DNA of 64,000 nt from Candidatus Binatia bacterium (lineage in GTDB: Bacteria; Desulfobacterota; Binatia; UBA9968; JAJDTQ01): contig OY762897.2 in NCBI GenBank assembly GCA_963666515.2, positions 928,001-992,000 of the forward strand. Direction: 5' to 3'. Within the stretch, counting starts at the first letter, position 1. Every line of letters begins with the position of its first letter. The translations under genes and the position numbers were made by a program. Below the pieces are notes generated by a model. That model was not told where the DNA came from. It saw only the letters and a list, made by a program, of their open reading frames with translations, and ran no database searches. Below are positions 26,564 through 36,566 of this stretch, piece after piece.

Positions 26564-27859
26564 TCAGGCCGTGAAGTAGCCCCCCACGATGGCGTCGTGC
26601 CAGAGCCGGCACACCGGCGGTATGATGCCGCGCGGGAGGTCGTCGTAGGTGAGGCCCCAGGTGTGGATGCCGGCGCCCAGCGAGACGCACGCGACCTTGG
26701 GCGCCGGGTCCATCTTCGCGTAGAGCGGCAGCGCGTCGCAGCACCGCTGGAGCGTTACGGTGTCGTCGTCCAGTCCGTGGAGCGAGAGCACGGGCGGAAC
26801 CGGCTTGGCGCCGGGGCCGGACAGCTCCCGCAGATAGGCCAGATACCGGTCCACCAGTTCCTGCTCGGCCGCCGCTGCCATCCCGAGCCGCCGGGCGGTG
26901 ACGCGCGCCGCCTCTTCCAGCGCGCCGGCGCCGTTCTTGTGGACGAAGTCCTCGGCCTTGAAGTTGGTGCGCTTCCTGGACACCTCCCACTTCTCCATGG
27001 TCAGCTCCATCAGCATGGGGAGGCCGTAGCCCTTGTCCTTGAGGCCCTCGTAGAGGTAGCGGGCGGTGTCGCGCCAGGTCCGCAGCCGCAGGTGGTTGAA
27101 CGGAAACTCCCATTGGTCGCCGGTGGTGGCGGTGTAGATGTAGCCGAAGGTGGACGAGCCGTATCCCAGCACCCCGGTCACGTTGGGTACGCGCTGCGCG
27201 GCGATCATGGCGAAGGGGCCGCCCGTGGAGTGGCCGTGGACGTAGAGCGAGTACTCCGACTCGGGGAATTGGCGGCGGCAGCTCTCTTTCAGCGCTTCCT
27301 CAAAGGCCACGGGCCACGCAGCCATGCGGTGGTAGAACTCGGTGCCCTCGCGGGCTACGAGCGAGATGACGGTGCCGTAGCTCGCGCGGCGGGCTTCGTC
27401 CCGGGCCACCTCGTACTGGTCGGGGGTGATGCGGGTCTCACGGGTCCACAGCGGAGTCCGGCCGGTGCCGTCGGGCTCCAACGTGTCGCCGGGCCAGTCC
27501 CGGGAGGTATCCAGCAGGTAGAGGCGACCGGGAAAGGTCATCAGCGTGACCTTGAAGCCGAACTTCGCGGCCAGCATCCGCGCCACCGGCTCCAGCGACT
27601 TGTAGTCCGAGGTGCCGCCGTGCAGCAGGAAGATGCCGGCGCGTCTTCCGTCCGGGGCCTTGGGCACGCGGTCCGGTTCTTCCGGCTCGTAGGTCATGGT
27701 GCCGATGTCCCAGTCCATGTCCAGCGCCTGGATGCGGAAGACGTCCTCGCGGTTGCCGACCGGAATATCGGGGAGGGTCAGCGTCTCCTCGGACAACCTG
27801 ACGACTTCGGGACGCGGGATGGTGTCGGGCGGCGACCAGGCGGCGGTTCGTTGGGTCAT
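26564..27859 (-). CDS. Alpha/beta-hydrolase-fold protein of unknown function
   Basis: LLHGG oxyanion motif, GHSTGG nucleophile elbow, HGLDDDTV, late His (GIHTW). Confidence 0.7.
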   Translation of the reverse strand: MTQRTAAWSPPDTIPRPEVVRLSEETLTLPDIPVGNREDVFRIQALDMDWDIGTMTYEPEEPDRVPKAPDGRRAGIFLLHGGTSDYKSLEPVARMLAAKFGFKVTLMTFPGRLYLLDTSRDWPGDTLEPDGTGRTPLWTRETRITPDQYEVARDEARRASYGTVISLVAREGTEFYHRMAAWPVAFEEALKESCRRQFPESEYSLYVHGHSTGGPFAMIAAQRVPNVTGVLGYGSSTFGYIYTATTGDQWEFPFNHLRLRTWRDTARYLYEGLKDKGYGLPMLMELTMEKWEVSRKRTNFKAEDFVHKNGAGALEEAARVTARRLGMAAAAEQELVDRYLAYLRELSGPGAKPVPPVLSLHGLDDDTVTLQRCCDALPLYAKMDPAPKVACVSLGAGIHTWGLTYDDLPRGIIPPVCRLWHDAIVGGYFTA

Positions 27860-27890
27860 TCAGCGGCCTCCGTTGGGTTGGGGCGGACCA

Positions 27891-29207
27891 TCAGATGCCG
27901 AGGAGCCCTTTCTGGCCGTAGTAGTAGAACCCGGCGAGGGCGCCCGTCATGAGGGTGGCGATGGTGGCGCCCACCAGGGCGCGGAGGCCCAGCGAGGAGA
28001 GGTCGCCGCGGCGCGTGGGCGCCAGGGCGCCGATGCCGCCGACGAAGACCCCCACCGAGGCCACGTGGGCAAAACCGCACAGGGTGTACGAGAGGATCAG
28101 GATTCCGCGCGGCGACATCGCTCCTTCGGCGCCGAGCCTTCCGAGTTCCTGGTAGGCCACCACCTCGGTGAGGATGGCCCGGCCTCCCAGAATACGCCCG
28201 GCCGCGGCGAGGTCGGTTCCGGGCAGGCCCAGCAGCCACGCCAGGGGCGTGAACAGCCATCCAAGGATGCGGCGGAGGTCCACCGGCCCGGACAGCGCCT
28301 CGCTCATCGGGGCGGTGAGCCTGGCGAGCCCGTAGTCGATGAGCGCCACGGCTCCCAGCACCGCAATGAGCAGCGTGGCGATGCCGGCGGCCAGCTTGAG
28401 CCCTTCCCAGGACCCGTCCATCAGGGCGGCCATGGTGTTGGGCTTGCGCTGCTCTTCCGCCATGGGCGGCACGGCGCCCAACGTCTCCGGGGTCTCGGTT
28501 TCGGGCAGCATCAGCTTGGAAGCGAGGGCCGCGGCCGGAATCGACATGATGGATGCGGACACGAGGTGTCCGGTAATGAGCGGGAAGCTGTCCTTGAGGA
28601 ACAGGACGTAGAGCGCCAGGGTGGTGGACGCGACCGTCGCCATGCCGCAGGTGAGGAGCGTCAGCAGCTCGGAGCGCGTCATGCGGTCGATGTAGGGGCG
28701 CACCGTCATGGCCGATTCCACGCCGATGAAGATATTGGATGAACCGGCCAGGGACTCGGCGCCCGAGAGAGCCATGGTCCGGTGGAACAGGACGGCGAAG
28801 AGCTTGACGACGGGCTGCAGGATCCGCAGGTGATAGAGCGCCGCCATGAGCGACGCGAAGAACACCACCGCCGGCAATACCTGCGTGGCCAGCACGAAGC
28901 CCACCGACGGAGACCCTCCCGGAGTGGTCTCGCCCGGGTTGAGCGCCAGCGGACCGAAAAGGAAACGGGCGCCTTCGTTTCCCGCCCTGAGCACGGCGAT
29001 GACCGCGTCGTTGATCCAGATGAGGGCGGTGCGGGTCCAGGGGAGCCAGAACACCACCGCGCCCAGGACCAGCATCAGGCCCCCGGCCGTGAGCACCGTG
29101 CGCCAGGGAACGGGACGCCTGAAGCCGCCCGCGGCCCAGGCCACGAATGCCAACGCGACGAGGCCCGCGAGGGAGCCGAGGTTGAGCCAGCTCATGGTAC
29201 GGTCCAT
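27891..29207 (-). CDS. Concentrative nucleoside transporter (CNT/NupC family)
   Basis: GARFLFG, QVLPAVVFFASL, NIFIG.ES, GMATVA, LCGFAH.ASVG. Confidence 0.9.
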   Translation of the reverse strand: MDRTMSWLNLGSLAGLVALAFVAWAAGGFRRPVPWRTVLTAGGLMLVLGAVVFWLPWTRTALIWINDAVIAVLRAGNEGARFLFGPLALNPGETTPGGSPSVGFVLATQVLPAVVFFASLMAALYHLRILQPVVKLFAVLFHRTMALSGAESLAGSSNIFIGVESAMTVRPYIDRMTRSELLTLLTCGMATVASTTLALYVLFLKDSFPLITGHLVSASIMSIPAAALASKLMLPETETPETLGAVPPMAEEQRKPNTMAALMDGSWEGLKLAAGIATLLIAVLGAVALIDYGLARLTAPMSEALSGPVDLRRILGWLFTPLAWLLGLPGTDLAAAGRILGGRAILTEVVAYQELGRLGAEGAMSPRGILILSYTLCGFAHVASVGVFVGGIGALAPTRRGDLSSLGLRALVGATIATLMTGALAGFYYYGQKGLLGI

Positions 29208-29261
29208 AGCACGAGTCGCCGTCGGGGGCGACCGTTCCGCTTCCGGCAGATCGCGCCGCCC

Positions 29262-30611
29262 TCAGAATCTTCTGGAGACCCCGAAGACGGCGCCGTGATT
29301 GCGATATGTGTGGAGGGGAATATTGGAGCGGTTCCACTCCACGGCATATCCGGCGTAGGGGGCGAAGCCCTGGTATTGCAGGGCGCGGTGGAGGATGTTG
29401 ACCGCGACCCGCAACTGCCGGTCGCTGCGGGTCGTTTGGAACAGCGGATCCGGTCCGCCGTGACGCCGGAAGGAAGCCGACACGCTCGGCGAAATGGAGA
29501 GCCCGCCCCGGAACGCATGTGAGACGGAGATGCCCAGTCCGGCCGTACGGCTGGCGTGGTGGCTTTCGCGGGTGTCGGCGAGTTCCAGTTCGAGGAAGGT
29601 CTCGATGGACGTGGGTGCGCGCGGCGTGTAGGTCCATGCGGGTTTCAGGCTGAAAAGCCAGCCGTCCTGAGCCTTTTGCCCGTGGTGGTCCCGGTTTACC
29701 GCGCTCGCGCTCACCTCTAGGCGGGTCTCGGGAGACAGCCGCAGCCGTCCGCGCATCCACGGACCGACCTCGCGGCTGTAGGGGTCCGCCGCCAACCACC
29801 TTCGTCCCAGCCGCAACCCTCCCGACATGGTTCCTCTGTCAAACAGCCGTGCCAGCCCGATCTCTCCATGCAGCGAGACGTCGTTCCAGTCCGGCTGCTT
29901 GTAGAGCTTCGCGGCGGAAGATGCGGCGAACACGCCCCGCAGGTCGTCGGTGAGGGCGGGCGAAAAGGAGACTCCGGTCGTGAACAGGTAGCCGACACCC
30001 GACGACTCCCTTGCATCCGGATTCAGTTGGAAGGGAACGCCGCCGATGCGGATTCGCTCACGGTTGGTGCGCTTGACCGGATTGGATTCGGGGACCAAGG
30101 ACGCGGAAAGGGACAGCGACCACCGCTTTCGGGCGTCGATCCGGTTGAGGAAACCTTCGACCGCGGTCTCGACGGTGGACGGGAGTCTGTCTGCCAGCGA
30201 TGCCTCGAAATGAAACCGCGCTTTCTCGTCGCGGCCGAGGGCATGGTAGACCTGCGCCAACTCCAGGCGCACCCGGGTGAGCTCCGGTCTTTCCGCAAGA
30301 ATCGCCTCGAACCGTTGGGCTGCCCGTCTGGGAAGGCCGAGCCGCGCGTCGATGAGGCCGAGCAGGAATAGCCGTTCGATGCGCTCCTCGTCGCTTTCGG
30401 GCTGCGCCCGTTCCAGCAGCTTGCGCGCGTCTTCTATCTGACCGGCCCGGAAGAGGAGTTGTCCGGCCCGGATGGGCGAGATTTCAATGCGCTCGCCCGC
30501 GGCCTCGCCCGCGTGAATTGCCGGCGAGACCGCGAGGAACAGGACGACTGCCAGGACTCCAGCGTGAGCGAACGGTCTCACGGGTTCGTGGCCACCGGGG
30601 GTCTCCCGCAC
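29262..30611 (-). CDS. Surface lipoprotein assembly modulator (Slam; TPR plus beta-barrel)
   Basis: TPR segment ERPELTRVRLELAQVYH...KARFHFE, then barrel ending RSNIPLHTYRN...VSRRF (terminal Phe); start uncertain (30611 or 30581). Confidence 0.8.
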   Translation of the reverse strand: MRETPGGHEPVRPFAHAGVLAVVLFLAVSPAIHAGEAAGERIEISPIRAGQLLFRAGQIEDARKLLERAQPESDEERIERLFLLGLIDARLGLPRRAAQRFEAILAERPELTRVRLELAQVYHALGRDEKARFHFEASLADRLPSTVETAVEGFLNRIDARKRWSLSLSASLVPESNPVKRTNRERIRIGGVPFQLNPDARESSGVGYLFTTGVSFSPALTDDLRGVFAASSAAKLYKQPDWNDVSLHGEIGLARLFDRGTMSGGLRLGRRWLAADPYSREVGPWMRGRLRLSPETRLEVSASAVNRDHHGQKAQDGWLFSLKPAWTYTPRAPTSIETFLELELADTRESHHASRTAGLGISVSHAFRGGLSISPSVSASFRRHGGPDPLFQTTRSDRQLRVAVNILHRALQYQGFAPYAGYAVEWNRSNIPLHTYRNHGAVFGVSRRF

Positions 30612-30612
30612 G

Positions 30613-32865
30613 TTATTGTTTTTGGCCTCCGAAATAGCCGTGCAGCGCCTTGTTCTCGGCGCCATCGGTAGCGTCGAAGACGCCGGCCACCTCAGTGGCT
30701 CCGGGCCCGTAGAATGCCCCGTTCACCCGGCCGCTGTAGCCGGCGAGGTCTCCCGACCCGGACAGGTCGGTGGCAGACAGGCCGTTGCCGTTGATCGTGG
30801 CGTTGAAACTCAGCCCGCCTGACGCGGGAGCATAGGTGCCAGTGTTAGCGGGACGGGATTCGAGAAGGGTAGCGCTGCCGGTTACCGCGGAATTCCCGAA
30901 GTCCGCGGACAAATCGAGGTCGCCACGATAATGCCTAAAGCTGGGATCGGAGGAACCAACCGCCCGATCAGTGGGCCATTCGTACCCCCGAAATCGGCCA
31001 GCATAGCTCGCGGTGCCGGTTGCCGGCATATCCGTGCTTCGGTTGCCGTAGAGGATGTAAGCCCGACGGACCAGTAGTGGGTCATCTGAAGCGTCTCGAT
31101 GTACGGTTGACAAAGCAATCACATCGAAATGTTCGGGACGAAAGCGGCCCACGAAACTACGCCTGCCTTCGAAAGCCTCGGTTACGTCCCAAAGAAGATA
31201 GTCGAGACCGTCCTGTTCCTTGTCGTACCTCGTGGCTCTGCCAGAACTAGTCGGGTTGGAGCCGAAGTCGCTTTCGCCAAGCTCTACCGTTTGAGCCTGG
31301 CCGTCGACCATGTAGGTGATCCTGTAACCATCAGCGGTCGCTTCCACGGTAGGCCTCTCAACGGCCGTGAGAGCTGTTGAGCCAGCTTCGAAGTCGCGGT
31401 CGACCCCCGAAGACAAGGCTTCCCCGTCATTGACACCCGTGAGCCGATCGGTTTTTCTGGCGCCGATGTATCCGTAAAGCACGCGATCATCCGCCGTGCC
31501 GGCCACATCTCGTGTCGCGCTCACCACGCCCCCGACTTCCTCTGCGTTCGGTCCGTAGAACTCTGCGAGGACATGCCCCATGAAGTCCCGCACGCTTTCG
31601 TCAAGAGGAGTGTTGGGCTCGCTGTCCACGCCGGTCAGGGTCGCCGTGAACTGGCCGTTCACGATCCGGCCATCCGTCAGGGTGAAGCCGCTGGTCGGCC
31701 AGGTGCTTCTGGAATCACCACCAGGCTCGGTGCCGCGGATCCGGTAGACGCGGCCTACCAGGGTCCGCATGTCGAAATTCGCCACTATGCGCATGGTCCC
31801 GGAAATATATTGACGGGCATCGGAACTCGGATTATCCCTCTCCCAAGTTCGGGTGTCCAACTCACCATGGTAGGTGGCAGTTCCCATGGGAAGGTTTTCG
31901 TTTCTCACGCCGAACACGAACCACATGCGGCCTTGCGAACCGTGGGGCTGGTAAATGACGCGGTGGGATGCAAAATATTCGTACTCACCAAGTCCATCCT
32001 CAAACGACGCCGTGTCGTCGTCGTTATTGGTGGCGTTCCAGAAGCTAAAATCCCGTCCATTCACGGTGGCCCGGCAGCCGTCTGCGCAATCGGTCGCATT
32101 ATTCGGGATCGTCACTTGTTCGTCAGCACCGAAAAACACATAGTCCAAGACATATTCGCCACTCGCGTTCCTGCGGATGCTCTTGACGAAGAATTCGTCG
32201 GTTAGCTCGGTGCCCTGTTCGTCCCCGCCACGATGACGAACCAAAGTTGTCGCCAGTACGGGAATGACGTTGTCAGGGTCCGCAAGCGTTGCCTTCAGCG
32301 TGCTCGTTTCGTCCGTTGCGAAGACAGGAGTCGTGTCACTCAGGTTCTGTCCGGGGCCTGCCATCAACGGCAATATCCGTACGCCTGGCATGCCGCCGGT
32401 TTTTGGGTAGGAGGCGGAGCCGTCTTCTGCGACGTTGAGGACGCACGCCGCGCCGTCGGCGGGGCAAGTGATCGTCACGTGCCCATGTTCCTCCGACTCC
32501 CCAGGCGCGACGGTAACCTCACCAGCGCTGAGTCCGTGGCCGGGAGGCAGAGTCTTAGCAGCGAAAGCGGGCATGACGGAGGGCATTCCGCCGGTTCGAG
32601 CATAGGAGGCGGAGCCGTCATCTGCGACGTTGAGGACACAGGCATTCCCGCCAGCGGGGCAGGAGATCACGACGTTGCCGTGTTCCATGGACTGGCCTGG
32701 GGCGACGGAGATCTCGCCAGCGGAGAGCCCGTGGCCTGTCGGCAGAAGCAGGGGTAGGGGTAGGGAGCTCGACGGGGAATCGCCGCCACCGCCACTACAG
32801 GCAGCAAGAAATAGCAGCGCACTGATCGCACTTGTAATCGCCTTGCAAATGGTCGAAAGGAACAT
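30613..32865 (-). CDS. TbpB-like surface lipoprotein with two barrel lobes
   Basis: Lipobox LAAC-SGGGG; two lobes (MGTATYHG..ANF..FYGPNAEEVGG; TGTASYAG..ADF..FYGPGATEVAG). Confidence 0.85.
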   Translation of the reverse strand: MFLSTICKAITSAISALLFLAACSGGGGDSPSSSLPLPLLLPTGHGLSAGEISVAPGQSMEHGNVVISCPAGGNACVLNVADDGSASYARTGGMPSVMPAFAAKTLPPGHGLSAGEVTVAPGESEEHGHVTITCPADGAACVLNVAEDGSASYPKTGGMPGVRILPLMAGPGQNLSDTTPVFATDETSTLKATLADPDNVIPVLATTLVRHRGGDEQGTELTDEFFVKSIRRNASGEYVLDYVFFGADEQVTIPNNATDCADGCRATVNGRDFSFWNATNNDDDTASFEDGLGEYEYFASHRVIYQPHGSQGRMWFVFGVRNENLPMGTATYHGELDTRTWERDNPSSDARQYISGTMRIVANFDMRTLVGRVYRIRGTEPGGDSRSTWPTSGFTLTDGRIVNGQFTATLTGVDSEPNTPLDESVRDFMGHVLAEFYGPNAEEVGGVVSATRDVAGTADDRVLYGYIGARKTDRLTGVNDGEALSSGVDRDFEAGSTALTAVERPTVEATADGYRITYMVDGQAQTVELGESDFGSNPTSSGRATRYDKEQDGLDYLLWDVTEAFEGRRSFVGRFRPEHFDVIALSTVHRDASDDPLLVRRAYILYGNRSTDMPATGTASYAGRFRGYEWPTDRAVGSSDPSFRHYRGDLDLSADFGNSAVTGSATLLESRPANTGTYAPASGGLSFNATINGNGLSATDLSGSGDLAGYSGRVNGAFYGPGATEVAGVFDATDGAENKALHGYFGGQKQ
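32386..32745 (-). repeat. Two 165-nt (55-aa) intragenic repeats
   Basis: LPTGHGLSAGE...CPAGGNACVLNVADDGSASYARTGGMP (32581-32745) and LPPGHGLSAGE...CPADGAACVLNVAEDGSASYPKTGGMP (32386-32550). Confidence 0.9.
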
Positions 32866-32885
32866 GGGACCTCCTGTGGCAATGA

Positions 32886-32915
32886 AGAGGCCCCCGTGAA
32901 AGAGGCCCCTGTGAA
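32886..32915. repeat. 15-bp tandem direct repeat upstream of the lipoprotein gene
   Basis: AGAGGCCCCCGTGAA followed by AGAGGCCCCTGTGAA. Confidence 0.8.
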
Positions 32916-33179
32916 AGTTCGACTGGACTAGTGTCGAACGGGTGGGACTGCCTCCACAACGTCAGAAGAACGTAAAATGAGCGACAAAGAGGCAAACTCG
33001 TTGCTACCTTGACCTACCACCGGTCATACTGCGGCACCTACCGTACCAGCGCGGCCGGTTTTCTTGACAAAGCCGCCGGAGCGGGCTAGTACCCGGAACT
33101 AGCCGGTGCAATTGGGCGCGACACGCGGTCATGTGTGCGCGTGAGACACAAACACAACGGGCCGACCAGGAGGTTACTG

Positions 33180-34259
33180 ATGGCGAACAAGTACCAGATC
33201 ATCGACGGCGACGGTCACGTCGTGGAGGACATGGAGGCCATCACCAGCCGCTTTCCGAAGGCGGTGCAGGAGCAGATGCGCTGGTCCAACCCGTTTCCGC
33301 CGCTGGACCACCTGCATTCGGCCAACGCCCACAAGCTCCCGGAGGGCTCGTTCCAGCAGGTGGGCTTCGACGGCTGGGTGGAGTTCCTGGAGGACGTGGG
33401 CATCGACCGCACGGTCCTCTATCCCACCGTGGGCCTTTCCTACGGCAAGGTGGTGAGCCAGGACTGGGCCATCGACCTGGCGCGGTCCTACAACGACTGG
33501 ATCGCGGAGAACTACATCCACAAGAGCCCCCGGTTCCAGGCAACCGCGCTGATCCCGCTGCAGGAGCCGGACGAGGCGGTGAAGGAGCTGCGCCGGGCGG
33601 TGGAGGACCTGGGGATGTGCGGCGCCATGCTGCCGTCCACGGGGATCCAGTTGCATCTCGGCCACAAGTACTACTGGCCCATCTACGAGGAGGCCGACCG
33701 GCTGGGCTGCTGCCTGGGCATCCACGGCGGCGCGCACGAGAACCTGGGCATGGACGACCTGCATCCCTACGCCCCGGTGCACGCGCTGGGCCATCCCTTC
33801 GGGCAGATGATCTCCTTCGGCGGCATCGTCTTCAACGGCATCTTCGACAAGTATCCCAACGTGCGCATCGGCTTCCTGGAAGGGGGCGTGGCATGGCTGC
33901 TGATGTGCCTGGAGCGCTTCGACCGTTCCTACGAGACGCATATCCAGCACGATCCCCGGAGCGAGTTCCTGCAGCTCAGGGAAGGCGAGAGCGTCAGCCA
34001 GTACTGCAAGCGGCACATCGAGGACGGCCGCATCTTCGTGGGCTGCGAGGGTCACGAGCCCGACTTGGCCCACGCCATCCGGACGGTGGGCAACAAGCCT
34101 TGGGTCTACTCGTCGGACTTCCCTCACGAGGTCAACAACGAGTTCTGCAAGGAAGAGCTGGGCGAGGTCATGGAGAGCGAGGAACTCTCCGAAGAGGACA
34201 AGACCGCGGTGCTGTCGCGCAACGCCGAGCGTTTCTACAACCTGCCCAGCGGGCTGTAA
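33180..34259 (+). CDS. Amidohydrolase_2-family protein (decarboxylase/hydratase type)
   Basis: IIDGDGHVVE, ARSYNDW, YWPIYEEA, IHGG, GIFDKYPNVRIGFLEGG, SSDFPH. Confidence 0.88.
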   Translation: MANKYQIIDGDGHVVEDMEAITSRFPKAVQEQMRWSNPFPPLDHLHSANAHKLPEGSFQQVGFDGWVEFLEDVGIDRTVLYPTVGLSYGKVVSQDWAIDLARSYNDWIAENYIHKSPRFQATALIPLQEPDEAVKELRRAVEDLGMCGAMLPSTGIQLHLGHKYYWPIYEEADRLGCCLGIHGGAHENLGMDDLHPYAPVHALGHPFGQMISFGGIVFNGIFDKYPNVRIGFLEGGVAWLLMCLERFDRSYETHIQHDPRSEFLQLREGESVSQYCKRHIEDGRIFVGCEGHEPDLAHAIRTVGNKPWVYSSDFPHEVNNEFCKEELGEVMESEELSEEDKTAVLSRNAERFYNLPSGL

Positions 34260-34296
34260 GCCCGTCGAGACAAGGAAGCGGAGAGGATTCCCGGAG

Positions 34297-34536
34297 TCAT
34301 TGCTTCCGGAGAATCTTCTCCAGCTCCTTCCGTTCACTCTCCGTGATCTTGCCGCCGGCAGCGGTCTCCCCCGCGGGACCGGTGAAGTCGATTCCCCTGA
34401 ACTGGAAGGTAGCTAGATTCATGATCTCGCTCCGGTAGAGCCACCCCAGCATCGCCGCCAGGATGATGGCGGGAATGACGAGCCACGTGCCGCGGCCCTT
34501 CCGGCTTTTCTTTCGGGATCGTCGCTTCGCAGCCAT
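34297..34536 (-). CDS. Small bitopic membrane protein
   Basis: Basic N-terminus MAAKRRSRKK, one TM, C-terminal ITESERKELEKILRKQ. Confidence 0.55.
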   Translation of the reverse strand: MAAKRRSRKKSRKGRGTWLVIPAIILAAMLGWLYRSEIMNLATFQFRGIDFTGPAGETAAGGKITESERKELEKILRKQ

Positions 34537-34576
34537 CAGGCGGGCATTCCTTTCGCGCACGGTTCTCGATGACCGC

Positions 34577-36544
34577 TCAGCTCCAGCTCGACAGCAGCAA
34601 GGGCTCGGGCCACAGGACGTGCAACAACTGATCGAATACCAGATAGAGGTAGCCTTCGGCCAACGCGCCGAGCAGGAGGGCCACGCGCCAGCGCGCGCCG
34701 TAGGTAAACGCGTAGCCGGCGGTGAAGAGCGGCAGGGTTGCGTGGAAGCCGATGAGGAGGATGCCGCCCACCAGCGCGGCGATCCAGAGCAGCACTTCTC
34801 CGGTGCGGCGCAGCACGTCGGGCGGTCCGTCTCCGGTTGCGGCCTCGGGCGCGCCGCCGCGTCGGTGCTTCCGTATGCGCAGGAGGTCCAGCGTGACCTG
34901 GAGCAGCGCAAGGGGAATGCCGACCCCGGCCAGGGAGTAGACGATGAGCGCGCTCCGCAGCGGCCAGTCCAGCGCGACGCTCGCCGCCCACGCCAGGAGC
35001 GCGACGAAGCACAGCGTGAACAGGCTGTTGCCGGCGTGCAGACGGGGATCGTCCGGCGCCGCGGCCGGTGCGTTGTCCCGGGCCTTCTCGCGCCGCTTTC
35101 GGATGGCCGGCAGGAGCAGGGTGAAGACCACCAGCACCAGCAGCAACAGCACGGACGGGCGCAGCAGCCAGGCGAACTCGTAACGCGCGATGGAGAGCCA
35201 CAGGTAGGTCTCCATCTGGAACCCCAGCACCACGGCCACCAGCACCGGCGGGCGGGGCCAGTCGAACAGCTTCATCAGGTAGCCCACCGCGGAGAAGACC
35301 AGGAAGGCGTACAGGTCCTCGTGGGCGTAGCTGGCGGCGAAGGAGGCCGAGGCGCACAGCACCAGGGTCACCGGCACGATGGCGTAGAAGGGCTGGAGCG
35401 AGAGGCGGGCAAAGCTCCCGGCAAAGCTCATGGCCAGGGATGTGGCCATGAGATTGGACAGCACCAGCACCCACACCATCGCCAGCGTAAGGTGCAACTG
35501 GTCCGTGAGCATACGGCTGCCCGGGTGGATGCCCACGGAAACGAAAGCGGCCAGTATGATGGCCAGGGACGTGCTGCCCGGGATGCCGAAGGCGATGGTG
35601 GGAATCAGCGCGCCGCCTTCCTTGGCGTTGTTGGAGCTTTCGGGCGCGATGACGCCGCGCACGTCGCCGGCGCCGAACCGTTCGCTCCGTTTCTCGGTTT
35701 GGACCGCGTGAGCGTAGGCGAACCAGTCGGCGACGCTGCTGCCGAGGCCCGGAAGCACGCCCACCCACACGCCGATGGCGCTGCAACGCACCACCAGCCA
35801 CCAGTGGCGGAACACGTCCTTGATGCCCTCCACGAGACCGCTGCCGAGGTTCTCGGTCTCGGAGATGCTGGTCCGCCGCACGGCCAGGTCGATGAGCTCC
35901 GGTACGGCAAAGAGGCCGAGGCCGATAAGGATGACGTTGACCCCGTCCCAAAGGTAGGCGGTGTCCAGGGAGAAGCGCTCGATGGCGGTCTTCTCGTCCA
36001 CCCCCACGGTGGCGATGAGGAGACCCAGGATGGCCGCCATGAGCCCTTTGACCGGGGCCTTGCCGCTGAGGACGCCGATGGCGCTCAGGCCCCAAAGCAC
36101 CAGCACGAAGAACTCCGGGGAGCCGAAGCTCAGCACCAGCGGACGCAGGATCGGAAGGGACGCCAGCAGCACGATGGCCCCCAGCACGCCGCCCACCGCC
36201 GACGCCATGAACGCGGCGCCGAAGGCGCGCTTGGCCTCGCCCTTGCGCGCCATGGGATAGCCGTCGAGGATGGTGGCCTGGGAGCCGGCGCTGCCGGGCA
36301 CGGCGATGAGCACCGACGGAAAGGTGTTGGCCGTGTTGGAGACCGCGCCGATGCCCAGCAGGAAGGCAATGGCGTGGTAGGGGCTCATGGTGAGGCTGAA
36401 GGGGAGGACGACGGTGAGGATGAGCAGCACGCCCACCCCGGGAAGCGCCGCGAACACGCTGCTCAGCAGCACGCCCCCCACCATGAGCATCATGGCCTGG
36501 GGCTCCAGGATCCCCAACAGGCCCTGGTATGCGGCCTCGATCAA
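34577..36544 (-). CDS. tctA: Tripartite tricarboxylate transporter TctA with fused TctB-like C-terminus
   Basis: VPGSAGSQATILDGYPMARKG, GVIAPESSNNAKEGGALIPT, followed by about 150 extra TM-rich residues. Confidence 0.88.
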   Translation of the reverse strand: MIEAAYQGLLGILEPQAMMLMVGGVLLSSVFAALPGVGVLLILTVVLPFSLTMSPYHAIAFLLGIGAVSNTANTFPSVLIAVPGSAGSQATILDGYPMARKGEAKRAFGAAFMASAVGGVLGAIVLLASLPILRPLVLSFGSPEFFVLVLWGLSAIGVLSGKAPVKGLMAAILGLLIATVGVDEKTAIERFSLDTAYLWDGVNVILIGLGLFAVPELIDLAVRRTSISETENLGSGLVEGIKDVFRHWWLVVRCSAIGVWVGVLPGLGSSVADWFAYAHAVQTEKRSERFGAGDVRGVIAPESSNNAKEGGALIPTIAFGIPGSTSLAIILAAFVSVGIHPGSRMLTDQLHLTLAMVWVLVLSNLMATSLAMSFAGSFARLSLQPFYAIVPVTLVLCASASFAASYAHEDLYAFLVFSAVGYLMKLFDWPRPPVLVAVVLGFQMETYLWLSIARYEFAWLLRPSVLLLLVLVVFTLLLPAIRKRREKARDNAPAAAPDDPRLHAGNSLFTLCFVALLAWAASVALDWPLRSALIVYSLAGVGIPLALLQVTLDLLRIRKHRRGGAPEAATGDGPPDVLRRTGEVLLWIAALVGGILLIGFHATLPLFTAGYAFTYGARWRVALLLGALAEGYLYLVFDQLLHVLWPEPLLLSSWS

Positions 36545-36566
36545 TGGATCAAGGTTTCCTTGACGA

